A DNA stretch of 64,000 nucleotides from an uncultured Candidatus Saccharibacteria bacterium (GCA_964413715.1 CAYPSN010000001.1:10613-74612); one strand, 5' to 3'. Counted from the first letter of the stretch, positions 29,501 through 40,828 are shown. Numbers and translations: made by a program. The notes: a model not told the origin generated them from the letters alone.

Positions 29501-29806
29501 TTAGGCTTTGATGTCAGTAATGGTTACCAGAGAGTATTTTTGGCGGTGACCAGTTTTGGTGGACTGGCGTTTCTTGGCCTTGTACTTAAGGATGGTGAGT
29601 TTCTTGCCTTTTACGGCGTCTTCCGCCACAGTTGCTTTAACCACTGCAGATTCGAGGGTAGGTTGGCCTACTTTAATATTATCACCATCAATCAACAGAA
29701 GTGGTTTGAATTCAATTGTCTTGTCGCCATTTAACAACTCGGTCTGTATGGTTTGGCCTTTTTCTACGATGTATTGTTTTGAGCCGGCCTCAATTACTGC
29801 AATCAT
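29501..29806 (-). CDS. rplU: 50S ribosomal protein L21
   Basis: AVIEAGSKQY..KYKAKKRQ..GHRQ. Confidence 0.95.
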   Translation of the reverse strand: MIAVIEAGSKQYIVEKGQTIQTELLNGDKTIEFKPLLLIDGDNIKVGQPTLESAVVKATVAEDAVKGKKLTILKYKAKKRQSTKTGHRQKYSLVTITDIKA

Positions 29807-29942
29807 GTCTTGATCCTTGTATTTTGTTAGTCAATAAGTAATCTTAGCAGATTGTCTTGTATTTGTAAATGCCCTGGTAAGGTGTAAAGTGGCTTTAATA
29901 CATCTGTAGCTCCGTGGTAGAATAGAGTCAAAGGAGGGTGGG

Positions 29943-30710
29943 GTGACTCACATACTTGCAGTTGCAAATCAAAAAGGCGGTGTTGGTAAGACCACGACGA
30001 GTATCAACCTAGGCGCGTACTTGGCGAAACTTGGTCAACGCGTTCTCATTGTCGATTTAGACCCACAGGGGAATAGCTCGAGTGGTCTTGCCATTGCAAA
30101 AAATCAACTTTCGGCCACAGTTTACAATGTGTTGGTAGAAGGAGTGGCCGCAGAGCAGGTTATCCAGCAGACCAGTGTAAAAAACATGGATGTCTTGCCT
30201 GCTAACTCAGTATTGGCAGCAGCTGAACTTGAGTTGTCACAACAGCAGCAACGCGAATTTCAATTGCGTCGCGCACTCGGTGGAGTGACCGACCGTTACG
30301 ACTTTATCTTGATTGACTGCCCACCATCTCTGGGGCTACTCACGCTAAATGGCCTAGTGGCGGCCACGCATTTACTCATTCCAGTGCAGTCCGAATATTT
30401 TGCTCTTGAAGGTTTGGGCCAGCTTCTTGCTACGGTAAAGCGCGTTAGGCAGGCATTAAACCCGCAGCTGGTGTTGCTCGGGGTTGTTATTACCATGCAC
30501 GCGTCACGTACCAGCTTGGCTGCTCAAGTGCAAGGAGAATTGCGCCATCATTTTCCTGACACATTGTTTGAAACAATAATTCCACGTAATATTAGATTGG
30601 CAGAGGCGCCCAGCCATGGAAAACCAATTAACCAGTACGATCGTTTTTCCAAAGGCGCCCAAAGTTATAAGCGTTTAGCAAAGGAGGTACTGCAACGTGT
30701 CAGCAAATAA
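29943..30710 (+). CDS. parA: ParA/Soj family ATPase
   Basis: NQKGGVGKTT, DLDPQGN, DCPPSLG, RLAEAPSHG. Confidence 0.95.
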   Translation: MTHILAVANQKGGVGKTTTSINLGAYLAKLGQRVLIVDLDPQGNSSSGLAIAKNQLSATVYNVLVEGVAAEQVIQQTSVKNMDVLPANSVLAAAELELSQQQQREFQLRRALGGVTDRYDFILIDCPPSLGLLTLNGLVAATHLLIPVQSEYFALEGLGQLLATVKRVRQALNPQLVLLGVVITMHASRTSLAAQVQGELRHHFPDTLFETIIPRNIRLAEAPSHGKPINQYDRFSKGAQSYKRLAKEVLQRVSK

Positions 30711-31584
30711 CAACAGATTAGGTCGGGGGCTTGATAGCCTCATACCTACCGATATCGATGAATTTGCTGCGCCGTCGATGCCGAAAGAGCTGGTAAAAGA
30801 AGGCGCACATATTGATGAGCTGCCGATAGACCATATTGTTGCTAACCCACATCAGCCGCGCTCGGTTTTTTCCAACGACCAGCTCAGTGAATTGGCACAA
30901 TCGATCAAACTGCATGGTATCGTGCAGCCCCTTGTTGTGGTTAAGGACGCTAGTGGCTATCAGCTTATTGCTGGTGAGCGGCGCTTGCGAGCGGCTAAAC
31001 TCGTCGGCTTAAAAACTGTGCCAGCCATTGTGCGGAGTTTTTCGCAGCAGGAACAGCTTGAAGTCGCTTTGATTGAAAACATTCAGCGCAGCGAGCTTAA
31101 TGCTCTCGAACTAGCAAGTGCTTACGCTAAGTTGGCCGATCAGTTCAACCTCACGATTGAACAAATTGCGCAACGAGTTGGTAAGGCGCCATCTACCGTT
31201 GGAAACATACTACGCTTACTGAATCTGCCGCGTGAAGCAAAGCAGGCGCTCAATGATGGTGTTATTACTGAGGGCCATGCCCGGCAGATTCTTGCGGTAC
31301 TAAGTCCGACCGACCAGCTGACAATCTTGGACATGATTATCAAAGGCGGGCTCAATGTGCGTCAGGCCGAAGAGCTGGCTCGCAACTTTAAAAAAGAAGG
31401 CCAAGCGGCGGTAAAGAAAGTGGTTGAGAAACAAGCCTACAACACGCAGCTGTCGTCAGATCTCGGCCGCCACTTAGGCACAAAAGTTGATATTCAAAAA
31501 ACCGCCAAAGGTGGCAAATTGGTGATTGAGTTTTACTCGGACGAGGAGCTGGGCCGCCTGTATCATCAAATACTTGGAGAATAG
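30697..31584 (+). CDS. parB: ParB/Spo0J partition protein
   Basis: LGRGLDSL, QPR, AGERRLRA, ENIQR, HTH. Confidence 0.95.
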   Translation: MSANNNRLGRGLDSLIPTDIDEFAAPSMPKELVKEGAHIDELPIDHIVANPHQPRSVFSNDQLSELAQSIKLHGIVQPLVVVKDASGYQLIAGERRLRAAKLVGLKTVPAIVRSFSQQEQLEVALIENIQRSELNALELASAYAKLADQFNLTIEQIAQRVGKAPSTVGNILRLLNLPREAKQALNDGVITEGHARQILAVLSPTDQLTILDMIIKGGLNVRQAEELARNFKKEGQAAVKKVVEKQAYNTQLSSDLGRHLGTKVDIQKTAKGGKLVIEFYSDEELGRLYHQILGE

Positions 31585-31588
31585 TTAA

Positions 31589-33952
31589 ATGCCAGAAAAA
31601 CATCCGCTCGTAGATCGCTATCCCCAGATGCCTGGTCAAAAGGATGTTAGACACGAAGTAGGGCGGATAACTCAACAGCGCAGACATCAGGTAGAATCTG
31701 GCGTCCCCAAAAAGGAAGCTCTAAAAGTACCTCAACGACCAGCCGAAAAAATTGATGCTTTTCTTGATGTACTCAAGAAAATTCATATGGTTCGCGACCC
31801 AAAGGTCACCGAGCGTATTAAGCAGTCCCTGCACCGTCAGTATTGTCTTGATCCCAGTAAGCCGATGCCGGACAGCTGGTTCCGCACTCAGGCGCAGATG
31901 GCCGAGGATCAGGGCCATGGTCTAAAAGATGATGTATATCGAACCCTCAAAGCTGCCTATGAGCTTGGTGGAGATGCTCGTAGTGAAGTCGAGACGCAAA
32001 AGCAGGCGTTGATTCGTGACCAAGAAAGCAGTCTGGACAAATGGTACGATTACTTATCAAGGCCAGATACCCCGTATCCGATGTGGTTTCGGTACTTCGC
32101 TTTCAAAAATGTGACGCAACTCGGTTCATACAGTAAAGAGACTCATAGCTTTGCCAGGCGGAGCAATGATACGGTTGGTGCCTTCCCAGAATTAAATGCT
32201 GAAGCCTTGGCGTACGTAGCAGAATCCCTTGCTCGCCACTATGGGTTAAGCATGATAGCCTCGGAAGACGATAAGGTGAATTTGGATGACCCCCGGATGA
32301 AAGACTTACTTAAAAGCCAGGCTAGTTTTGGCGACATGTACGCTCACGCGCTGGAATATTGTACTCCCGCTTCAGCCGAAATGCTGTCAGTAACAGATGG
32401 TAAATGGGTGACGAATCCCAAGGGTACACCAGGCATTGAGCTATCCAGCACCCTTGATGGACATGGCACGGGTTGGTGTGTGGCTGGTGAGAACTATGCC
32501 GGCCAATACTTGGCAGACGGCGACTTTATGGTGTTCTACACGAAAGACGCAGACGACAATTATTCCATCCCTCGTATCGGTATACCGATGAACGGTACAG
32601 CTGGCGAAGATAACTATTCAATACGGGAGGTGCGGGGTATTCGTGAAGGCCAGAATATGGAAGACGTCCTCAATGAAGTATTAGATGCTAAGCTGACTGA
32701 GCTACCAGGATCAGAAGAGTATATGTACGCGAGAGAGGATATGGCATACCTCACCGATATCTGGAAGAGACACACCAATGGCGAGCAGCTTAACGGGTAT
32801 GACTTAAGGTTCTTATACGAAATCGACCATGCAATTGTTGGCTTTGGTGAATATGAAGATCCGCGCATTGGAGAGCTGCTCAGAAGTCGAGATTGGATGA
32901 CTGACATGAGGGTTATTTATGAAGCTACGTCTGATAGTGACTTGGTTCTTAGACTGATTGATGCAGGTCGGGGCGATGCGGTAGCTCTCAACTTCGACAA
33001 ATTCTATGGCCTCGATGCTTCGGTAGCCAACAAGCTGATTGACGATGACTGGGGCAGTGGGGTAGCTCATTATCTAGACAGATTCCAAGGCCTCGATCAC
33101 ACTGTGGTCGCCAACAAACTGATTGATGTCGGGAGGGGAGGTGCGGTAGCTCGCAACCTAGACAAATTCCAAGGTCTTGATGCTTCGGTAGCCAACAAGC
33201 TGATTGACGATGACTGGGGCAGTGGGGTAGCTCATTATCTAGACAGATTCCAAGGCCTCGATCACACTGTGGTCGCCAACAAACTGATTGATGTCGGGAG
33301 GGGAGGTGCGGTAGCTCGCAACCTAGACAAATTCCAAGGTCTTGATGCTTCAGTAGCCAACAAACTCATTGACGCTGACTGGGGCGATGCGGTAGCTCGC
33401 AACTTAGACAAATTCCAAGGCCTCGACCACACAGCACTAGCCAACAGACTGATTGACGCCGGGAAGGTAGGTGTGTTACTTCACGATCTAGACAAATTCC
33501 AAGGCCTCGACCACACAGCACTAGCCAACAGACTGATTGACGCCGGGAAGGGAGGTATGTTACTTCACGATCTAGACAAATTCCAAGGTCTTGATGCTTC
33601 AGTAGCCAACAAACTCATTGACGCTGGGGAGGGCCTTGCGGTAGACCGTAATCTAGGCAGATTCCAAGGCCTCGATGCTTCAGTAGCCAACAAACTCATT
33701 GACGCTGGGGAGGGCTATATGGTAGCCCACCACTTAGACAAATTCCAAGGCCTCGATCATACTGAGGTCGCCAACAAACTGATTGATGTCGGGAAGGGAG
33801 GTGAGGTGGTTCGCAACTTAGACAAATTCCAAGGCCTCGACCACACTCAAATAGCTATTAAACTGATTGACACCGGGCAGAGAGGTGTGTTCCTTCGCAA
33901 CCTAGACAAATTCCAAGGTATCGATAATGCGGAAATCAATAAGCGGTTTTAG
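31589..33952 (+). CDS. Hypothetical protein (787 aa) with C-terminal tandem 27/28-aa repeats
   Basis: N-terminal globular region with a GTGWCVAG motif; 12 repeats of ANKLIDxGxGxxVxxxLDKFQGLD. Confidence 0.85.
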   Translation: MPEKHPLVDRYPQMPGQKDVRHEVGRITQQRRHQVESGVPKKEALKVPQRPAEKIDAFLDVLKKIHMVRDPKVTERIKQSLHRQYCLDPSKPMPDSWFRTQAQMAEDQGHGLKDDVYRTLKAAYELGGDARSEVETQKQALIRDQESSLDKWYDYLSRPDTPYPMWFRYFAFKNVTQLGSYSKETHSFARRSNDTVGAFPELNAEALAYVAESLARHYGLSMIASEDDKVNLDDPRMKDLLKSQASFGDMYAHALEYCTPASAEMLSVTDGKWVTNPKGTPGIELSSTLDGHGTGWCVAGENYAGQYLADGDFMVFYTKDADDNYSIPRIGIPMNGTAGEDNYSIREVRGIREGQNMEDVLNEVLDAKLTELPGSEEYMYAREDMAYLTDIWKRHTNGEQLNGYDLRFLYEIDHAIVGFGEYEDPRIGELLRSRDWMTDMRVIYEATSDSDLVLRLIDAGRGDAVALNFDKFYGLDASVANKLIDDDWGSGVAHYLDRFQGLDHTVVANKLIDVGRGGAVARNLDKFQGLDASVANKLIDDDWGSGVAHYLDRFQGLDHTVVANKLIDVGRGGAVARNLDKFQGLDASVANKLIDADWGDAVARNLDKFQGLDHTALANRLIDAGKVGVLLHDLDKFQGLDHTALANRLIDAGKGGMLLHDLDKFQGLDASVANKLIDAGEGLAVDRNLGRFQGLDASVANKLIDAGEGYMVAHHLDKFQGLDHTEVANKLIDVGKGGEVVRNLDKFQGLDHTQIAIKLIDTGQRGVFLRNLDKFQGIDNAEINKRF
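32940..33925 (+). repeat. Intragenic tandem repeat array of 81/84-bp units, including an exact 165-bp duplication
   Basis: GACAAATTCCAAGG..GCCAACAAACTGATTGA recurs; 33014-33178 equals 33179-33343. Confidence 0.92.
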
Positions 33953-34087
33953 ATGTCCTCGTCTATGGTTTTCAAAATCAAATCAATAACCACTGTTTTG
34001 AAATTAGAAATGAATAGACGTTAAATTTTCTGACAACAAGAATTCTCAGACAATAGTTCGAATGTTGAAATAGTGGCAGAAGTGATG

Positions 34088-34939
34088 CTAATACGTAGGG
34101 TGTTTAATAGGACCCAGCTCGTTAATCGGTAGCAAGCGTGCTGTAGCGACGCCAACTATGTCTTCACGAGGTAATTGCCCCCATTCGCGTGAGTCGAAAC
34201 TGCCGTTTGGTGCTCGGTTGTCGCCAACAACAAAGTATTTGTCTTTTTCAATCGTTTCGTCAATTTCACCTTGGGTCGTTAAACTTTGGTCGATATAGGG
34301 CTCATCTAGCTCAAGTCCATCGGGATGTTCATTGTTGTATATGGTAAATTTGCCGTTTTTCAACACGACCCGTTCTCCCGGTAAGCCAATAAGGCGTTTA
34401 ATGAAAAACGTGCCTGGGCTGTTGGGGTATCGAAACACGAGTACGTCACCTCGTTTTAAATCCAAGCTGGTATCTAGACCAACGACTGATTTTATACTAC
34501 TAAGCGTAAAGCCGACTTTGTCGATGATGAGGTAATCACCATCTTGAAAGTCTGGGTTCATACTACTACCGGAAACATAGAACGCCTGGAAAACAAAGCT
34601 GTGAAGAAACAATACGATAAGTCCTGGCAGAATAATCCAGCTAAAGATGGCACGCAATGCTCCTAGGAAAGGATTTGGCTGCTTTTCTTCTGTGTCTTCA
34701 ACATCGTTTTCTACGTCATCACCGTCCACGGTGGTTTGTGCCGCTGGTTGTAGGGGAGGAGCAAGTTTGGGGTGTTTGGGAATTTGCCCTGTCGGATTTG
34801 CCGTTGGATTTAAAGCATGGCCAGGTGTGTTCTGGGCTGGCTGCTCAGAATTGGCAGCAGTCTGGCTTGTCTGCGGCACTTCTGCCGAAGGCTCATGGGT
34901 GTTGTTGGTTGGCTGATTGCCGGTCTGGCTTGGTTGCAT
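34088..34939 (-). CDS. lepB: Signal peptidase I
   Basis: GSSMNP catalytic Ser, FIKRLIGLPG Lys, GDNR..SFDSR. Confidence 0.92.
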   Translation of the reverse strand: MQPSQTGNQPTNNTHEPSAEVPQTSQTAANSEQPAQNTPGHALNPTANPTGQIPKHPKLAPPLQPAAQTTVDGDDVENDVEDTEEKQPNPFLGALRAIFSWIILPGLIVLFLHSFVFQAFYVSGSSMNPDFQDGDYLIIDKVGFTLSSIKSVVGLDTSLDLKRGDVLVFRYPNSPGTFFIKRLIGLPGERVVLKNGKFTIYNNEHPDGLELDEPYIDQSLTTQGEIDETIEKDKYFVVGDNRAPNGSFDSREWGQLPREDIVGVATARLLPINELGPIKHPTY

Positions 34940-35013
34940 ACCAAGTATTATAGCTTGGGCAAGGAATGATTAAAAGAGCATAACCTTTACGTTATCACTA
35001 GGAAACATCTATA

Positions 35014-36462
35014 ATGGTGACAATGATGAAAACGAAACGTCCAAGGGGGAGTGTGCACAAGAGTACTGTTGAGGCAGATTCCCCGGCATTTATTTACGAT
35101 CCAAAAAGCCGCAAGCTTAAAGGGAAACATAAGTGGCGAGTAGCGTTGATTTCTTTGTCACTGGTGCTGTTGGCTGGCGGCAGTGCTTTTGCGGCTAAAA
35201 GTTACTTCTCTTTAAGCAGAGTAGTGCAGCGCAATACAGGTGAAGGTGCATTAGGGCTTAAAAAAGAAGTAAGCTTAGCTCAGCTAAAAGGCGAAGGCGA
35301 GGGCAGAATTAATATTCTGCTGCTTGGTGTGGGCGATAGCGATCATGCCGGCTCGCAGTTGAGTGATACCATGATGGTGCTGAGCATTGACCCGCAAACG
35401 AATGAAGCTGCCATGCTGGGCATCCCACGAGACTTATGGGTTAACATTCCTGGTTATGGGTATAGCAAAATTAACGCCGCGCACGCTTATGGCGAGCAGG
35501 CTCGGCAGGGCGGCGGGCCAGAACTAGCAAAAAAAGTTGTGAGTGCTGCCCTTGGGGTGCCAATTCATTATTTTGTCAGAACAGATTTTGCAGCGTTTAA
35601 GCAGGCAGTAGATAGTGTTGGCGGCGTGGATGTTAATGTTGAGCAAGCGCTGTATGACACGGAGTATCCGTGCGAAAAGAACGAAGCTCGCATGTGTGGC
35701 TTTAAATTGAAGGCTGGCCCACAGCGCCTAGACGGTGCCACCGCCTTGAAGTACGTACGCTGTAGAAAAGGAAATTGTGGTGATGATTTTGGTCGTGCGA
35801 AAAGACAACAACAAGTTTTGGTTGCACTTAAGGCCAAGGCACTTAGTATGAAGACAATTTTGGACCCCAATAAACTAGCTGGACTCGTCGATACCGTGGG
35901 AGACAATGTCCGCACAGACTTGCAGATAAATGAAATGCAGCGATTGGTCGAGATTAGTAAAATGGTTGATACCAATAAGATGCTTAATACGGTTTTGGAT
36001 AATGACAATAGTGGTACCAATTTAGTTCGCACTGCCAATATTGGCGGTGCCAGCGTCGTTATCCCAACTGCGGGGGTTGGGAATTTTGCTCAGATTCAGC
36101 GTTATGTGAAGTCAATTTTTGTTGATGGATACATTAAAAAAGAGGCCGCAAAAATCCAAGTTGAAAACGGCACCGCGCGTTCAGGCTTGGCCCTGAATGC
36201 AGCTAATCTCTTGAAGGGGTATAATTATAATGTTATAAATACCAAGACAGCGGATAGGGTAGACTATGCCACCACGCAACTGATTGACTATAGCGGCGGC
36301 AAAAAGCCTTACACAGTTCGCTATCTCGAAAAGCGCTTTGGTCTTAAGGCACAACAGGCACAAAGTGTGGCGCCAAAAAGCAGTACTGTCAGTCCGGCCC
36401 AGCAGCAGTACGACGTAGTACTTATCGTTGGCGCTGACTATAAGCCAACTAATCTATACTAA
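35014..36462 (+). CDS. LCP (LytR-CpsA-Psr) family protein with LytR C-terminal domain
   Basis: NILLLG, SDTMMV, IPRDLWV, KINAA, DFGRAKRQQ, VENGT..GLA. Confidence 0.9.
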   Translation: MVTMMKTKRPRGSVHKSTVEADSPAFIYDPKSRKLKGKHKWRVALISLSLVLLAGGSAFAAKSYFSLSRVVQRNTGEGALGLKKEVSLAQLKGEGEGRINILLLGVGDSDHAGSQLSDTMMVLSIDPQTNEAAMLGIPRDLWVNIPGYGYSKINAAHAYGEQARQGGGPELAKKVVSAALGVPIHYFVRTDFAAFKQAVDSVGGVDVNVEQALYDTEYPCEKNEARMCGFKLKAGPQRLDGATALKYVRCRKGNCGDDFGRAKRQQQVLVALKAKALSMKTILDPNKLAGLVDTVGDNVRTDLQINEMQRLVEISKMVDTNKMLNTVLDNDNSGTNLVRTANIGGASVVIPTAGVGNFAQIQRYVKSIFVDGYIKKEAAKIQVENGTARSGLALNAANLLKGYNYNVINTKTADRVDYATTQLIDYSGGKKPYTVRYLEKRFGLKAQQAQSVAPKSSTVSPAQQQYDVVLIVGADYKPTNLY

Positions 36463-37244
36463 TGACAAGAACACAACGAACAATTTTGTTAGCCCTGCCG
36501 ATTCAGGCGGCAATCATTTTTGTATTTTTCTATCTAACAAAGTATTGGTTTATAGGAATAGCCTTGCAAGCTGGAATGACGATGCTGCTCATGCGGCAGC
36601 TGCTGACAAAAGGTAATAATCTGATTATTGTAGCGAAATCACTCCAGCCATTTGCTTTTGTCTCAACCATATCATTGTATAACCTGCTGTTGGCGCAGCT
36701 GTACGGCGTGAGTTTGCAGGTATTTTTGATCCAGACATTGGTAGCAAGTGTTTTATATGGAATCTTTAGCTATGTCGCGCTACGACAGCGCATGTCGGTT
36801 GGGTTTGCTAGTGTACTGACGATTTTGCAAATTAGTTTAAGTGTTAATTTTGTGTCGCTCGCAATGGCGTACTGGCGCATACCGACATTTATCATGCTGC
36901 CATTGTCAATTGTGGCAATTGGCTATTTTGCAATGTGGTGGCTCTTAGAAATTGGTAAAAACGAATCCAATGTACCACTTGTGTCAGCGGTATTTGCGCT
37001 ACTGGCCACGGAGCTGATTTGGGTATATTCACACTGGGTCATAGTCTACCAGGTCCCATATGTGAATCTTGTTATCACACAGACGACAGCAGTAGTGGTA
37101 GCTTTGGCGTATGGACTCGGGGGAATTTATTACCATCGTGGCAACAAGCCTGTGCGATTGCAGCTAATAGTAGAATATATGCTCGTATTCATTGTGATTT
37201 TTCTAGCAACCCTAGTATCGACTCGTTGGATTAACGGTATTTAA
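36462..37244 (+). CDS. Hypothetical multi-pass membrane protein
   Basis: 260-aa hydrophobic ORF coupled to the LCP gene (TAATG overlap). Confidence 0.75.
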   Translation: MTRTQRTILLALPIQAAIIFVFFYLTKYWFIGIALQAGMTMLLMRQLLTKGNNLIIVAKSLQPFAFVSTISLYNLLLAQLYGVSLQVFLIQTLVASVLYGIFSYVALRQRMSVGFASVLTILQISLSVNFVSLAMAYWRIPTFIMLPLSIVAIGYFAMWWLLEIGKNESNVPLVSAVFALLATELIWVYSHWVIVYQVPYVNLVITQTTAVVVALAYGLGGIYYHRGNKPVRLQLIVEYMLVFIVIFLATLVSTRWINGI

Positions 37245-37279
37245 GGTAGGATTCAGGAAACCTATTGTAAAATAGCACT

Positions 37280-38497
37280 ATGCAAAAAGAAGCAACTCCA
37301 AAGAAAACTCCTAAGCCAAAATCTGTAGGCACCACTCAGTCTTCGACGCAACCGGTGTCGACCCAAATGCCCAAGACAATAGAAAAACCTAACACTCGTA
37401 TCTTGCGCCCTCTCATGATTGTGCTCAGCTGTTTTGTTATGGGTCTTTTGGGTGCGGCGACGTATGTAGCATTGCTTGGCAATGGCAGCACGAAGCTGGT
37501 AGAGGAGCGCAAAAGCCTCCTTGTGAAAGAAGATTCAGCCGTGATAACAGTGGCGAAAGATGTTTCTCCGAGCGTAGTGAGCATAACGACGAGTAGTAAC
37601 GTGACGGACTTTTTTGGGCAGGTGCAAAACGAGGCATCATCTGGCACCGGGATTGTGTTAAAAGCCGATGGCCTAATTCTCACCAACAAACATGTAGTTG
37701 AAGGTGGCGATAATTTCACCGTCATTACCAGTGATGGTAAAGAGTATAAGGGTGGCAAAGTTGTAGCAAAGGATCCATCGAATGACATCGCTTTTTTGAA
37801 GATTGATGCCAAAGGTCTAACCCCGGCACGCCTTGGTGATTCAGCAAAGGTCGAAGTCGGGCAACGCGTCATAGCAATTGGTAATGCACTCGGTCAATTT
37901 CAAAACACTGTTACAACTGGCGTGATATCGGGTAAGAGTAGGCCAATTACGGCTTCAGGCGGGAACGCTACGGAAAATCTGCAAAATCTTTTCCAGACGG
38001 ACGCAGCCATTAACCCCGGTAATTCTGGTGGCCCATTGGTGAATATTCTGGGTGAAGTGATTGGTATCAACACGGCTGTAGCAGGTGATGGGGCGCAAAA
38101 CATTGGTTTTGCCATTCCAATTAACGAAGCAAAAAAAGACATTGCGAGCGTTTCAAATGGCGGCAAGATTGTAAGGGCGTACCTTGGTGTACGTTACGTT
38201 GCGGTGACCGCGGATATCGCTACGCGCAACGACTTAGGGGTCAACACGATTGGTGGCGCTTTAATAGCTGGTGGTAATGGGCGGGGTGTAGTAAGTGGTA
38301 GTCCAGCTGATAAAGCAGGCTTGCAGGACGGTGATGTCATAATCAAAATCAATAACACGACTCTGGACAAAAATAACCCATTATCCTCGGTCGTGAGCGA
38401 CCTTGGTGTGGGCGACAATATTACGATTACGGTTGTGCGTGACGGTAAAGTCAAAACACTCAAAACACAGCTGGCCGAAGCACCGACCAACTCTTAG
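37280..38497 (+). CDS. htrA: HtrA/DegP-like serine protease with PDZ domain
   Basis: LTNKHVV, DIA, TDAAINPGNSGGPL, C-terminal PDZ. Confidence 0.92.
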   Translation: MQKEATPKKTPKPKSVGTTQSSTQPVSTQMPKTIEKPNTRILRPLMIVLSCFVMGLLGAATYVALLGNGSTKLVEERKSLLVKEDSAVITVAKDVSPSVVSITTSSNVTDFFGQVQNEASSGTGIVLKADGLILTNKHVVEGGDNFTVITSDGKEYKGGKVVAKDPSNDIAFLKIDAKGLTPARLGDSAKVEVGQRVIAIGNALGQFQNTVTTGVISGKSRPITASGGNATENLQNLFQTDAAINPGNSGGPLVNILGEVIGINTAVAGDGAQNIGFAIPINEAKKDIASVSNGGKIVRAYLGVRYVAVTADIATRNDLGVNTIGGALIAGGNGRGVVSGSPADKAGLQDGDVIIKINNTTLDKNNPLSSVVSDLGVGDNITITVVRDGKVKTLKTQLAEAPTNS

Positions 38498-38498
38498 T

Positions 38499-39305
38499 CT
38501 ATCCTTCTTTCTGAAAGCCTAGAATGAAATAATCTTCTTCGATAAGTTTTAGGCCACAGCTTTTAGCTTCTTCAATGAGGCTAGCTTGTTGCCATGGGTC
38601 ACATTCGGTAAAAAGGAAGCCGTTGGCTGCAAGGTGGTCGGGCAGCTGACGAAGGAAGTGTCGGTATATATCGAGGCCATCTGGCCCGCCAAACAGTGCT
38701 ACCCCTGGTTCGCGTTGTACTTCGGGCATAAGGTCGGCATTGTCGGCCAGGTAGGGTAGATTGCAAACCACGACATCAAAACTCTCGGCAATACTGTCGA
38801 ACAAGTCGGACTGCACCAGCTTGACGTCGGCGTGTAAATTGCTGAAATTACTCAGGGCTACTTTAAGGGCTTTCTGGTCAATCTCAGTAGCGGTGATATC
38901 CAGGTCAGGTCGGTTTAGGCAGAGTGCGGCAGCAATCGCTCCACTACCCGTCCCAACGTCAATAACCCTGCTATTTTGGGGCGCATAGCGCAGGGCCAGC
39001 TCGACCATCTTCTCTGTTTCAACTCGTGGCGTTAGAACGTCCTCGTTTATAAAAAGTTCAAGGCCATAAAATTCTCTAGTATTTGTTAGGTGTACGACGG
39101 GGGCGTGTTCAGCCCGACGCTTAATCAGGTCCAGATACTGCGCTTGTTGTGCTGGGCTGAGCGGGTCATCCTGGTGGGCAAGCAAGTAAGCACGGTCTAC
39201 TTTTAAAACATGCGCTAAGAGCAATTCTGAGTCGATGCGTACAGAGTTTACCTTTGCGAGCGTTAGGCTCTTTTGCGCTTTTTCTAGTGCGTTAGCTATG
39301 GTCAA
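38499..39305 (-). CDS. prmC: Release factor glutamine methyltransferase
   Basis: PRVETE, DVGTGSG, NLPY; follows prfA. Confidence 0.92.
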   Translation of the reverse strand: MTIANALEKAQKSLTLAKVNSVRIDSELLLAHVLKVDRAYLLAHQDDPLSPAQQAQYLDLIKRRAEHAPVVHLTNTREFYGLELFINEDVLTPRVETEKMVELALRYAPQNSRVIDVGTGSGAIAAALCLNRPDLDITATEIDQKALKVALSNFSNLHADVKLVQSDLFDSIAESFDVVVCNLPYLADNADLMPEVQREPGVALFGGPDGLDIYRHFLRQLPDHLAANGFLFTECDPWQQASLIEEAKSCGLKLIEEDYFILGFQKEG

Positions 39306-40378
39306 TTTTGCGTGAGCCTTCCTTGGTCTTCTAGCGCTCGTTGAATATCGGCCTCCTTCAGCACATTGAGTAAATCATCGATGTCGCCATCCATGAAGCC
39401 CGGCAAGTTATGACGCGTGTAGCCAACACGGTGGTCGGTGACGCGATCTTGCGGAAAGTTATAGGTGCGTATCTTCTCGCTTCTATCGCCTGTGCCAATC
39501 TGCGAAAGTCGGGCTGCGCCTAACTCTTTACGTTTTTGTTCTTCTTCGGCGGCTAGCAGGCGTGAGCGCAAAATACTCATTGCCTTGAGTTTGTTTTTGA
39601 GCTGAGACTTTTCGTCCTGACACGTTACGACTGTGCCGGTTGGCAGGTGAGTTATCCGCACGGCGCTGTCAGTTGTGTTAACGCTTTGACCGCCATGGCC
39701 GCTAGATCGGTACACATCAATGCGTAGGTCATTCGGGTCGATCTCAATCTCGTTTTCTTCTGCCTCTGCTAGTACTGCCACGGTAACAGTCGAGGTGTGG
39801 ATGCGGCCGGCTGATTCAGTAGCAGGTACGCGCTGGACGCGGTGTACGCCAGATTCGTACTTCATAACGCCGTAGGCTTCTGGCCCGACCACTTCGGCTA
39901 TGAATTCCTTGTAGCCCCCTGAGGTGCCGGGGTTATCGCTCATGATGCTGAGCTTTAAGCCGTGGTTTTCGCAGAATCTCGCGTACATACGAGCAAGTTC
40001 GCCTGCAAATAAACTTGATTCATCACCGCCGGCGCCGGCTCGAATTTCTATAATCGCATTCTTGCTATCATGCGGATCTTTAGGCACAAGAGCAACGCGC
40101 ACTTTCGCCGATAAAGCTTCGAGTTTTTGCTCCAGCTCGACCAGCTCTTTTTTCGCTAATTCTGACATCTCAGGGTCGTTTATAAGCTGTTTTGTGTCAC
40201 GTAAGTCTCGCTCTGTTTTTATAACTTCTTCGAAAAGTTCGAGACGTTGCGAAAGCTCACGCTGTTCGTGAACGAGACTGGCGGACTGCGCCGAAGCGTA
40301 AACTTCAGGATTACTCAGTTCTTCATTGAGTTGAGCGAGTCTTTCTTGGATTTGGGTTATGACGGTTTCGTCTATCAT
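39302..40378 (-). CDS. prfA: Peptide chain release factor 1
   Basis: PAT anticodon-mimic motif, [15 protein letters not shown]; start at ATG 40378 after GAGAGG. Confidence 0.95.
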   Translation of the reverse strand: MIDETVITQIQERLAQLNEELSNPEVYASAQSASLVHEQRELSQRLELFEEVIKTERDLRDTKQLINDPEMSELAKKELVELEQKLEALSAKVRVALVPKDPHDSKNAIIEIRAGAGGDESSLFAGELARMYARFCENHGLKLSIMSDNPGTSGGYKEFIAEVVGPEAYGVMKYESGVHRVQRVPATESAGRIHTSTVTVAVLAEAEENEIEIDPNDLRIDVYRSSGHGGQSVNTTDSAVRITHLPTGTVVTCQDEKSQLKNKLKAMSILRSRLLAAEEEQKRKELGAARLSQIGTGDRSEKIRTYNFPQDRVTDHRVGYTRHNLPGFMDGDIDDLLNVLKEADIQRALEDQGRLTQN

Positions 40379-40447
40379 GAGGTTCCTCTCAAACAAAAAC
40401 AGCACTCCTTGCATTATAGCAAAATTGAGTGCTGTTAATGGGTTACG

Positions 40448-40768
40448 CTACTGGTCGCTTTTTTGTGTAACGGTTTTGTCGGCGATTTCTTCTTTAATTT
40501 CTTTTAGTTTCGCCTGATTGTCTTTATCCTCAGCCGATTTGGCCTTTTTCGCCACTTTGCCTGGTTTGGCTTGCTGCTGGCGGGCACGGAAGCGATCAAC
40601 TCGTCCAGCTGTGTCGATGAGCTTTTGCTTACCAGTATAGAATGGGTGGCAATTTGAGCATAACTCAACACTCATCTCGTCAACGGTCGACATGGTCTCG
40701 AAAGTAGTATTACAACCAAGGCAGGTTACCTTGGTTTTTTTAATTTCTGGGTGAATTCCGGCTTTCAT
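40448..40768 (-). CDS. rpmE: 50S ribosomal protein L31 (Zn-binding type, extended C-terminus)
   Basis: [30 protein letters not shown]. Confidence 0.95.
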   Translation of the reverse strand: MKAGIHPEIKKTKVTCLGCNTTFETMSTVDEMSVELCSNCHPFYTGKQKLIDTAGRVDRFRARQQQAKPGKVAKKAKSAEDKDNQAKLKEIKEEIADKTVTQKSDQ

Positions 40769-40828
40769 AACCTGAATATAGTAGCATTTTTAGCCTTGCG
40801 GGTCAACTAAATAGTTCTATGGAGTTGG

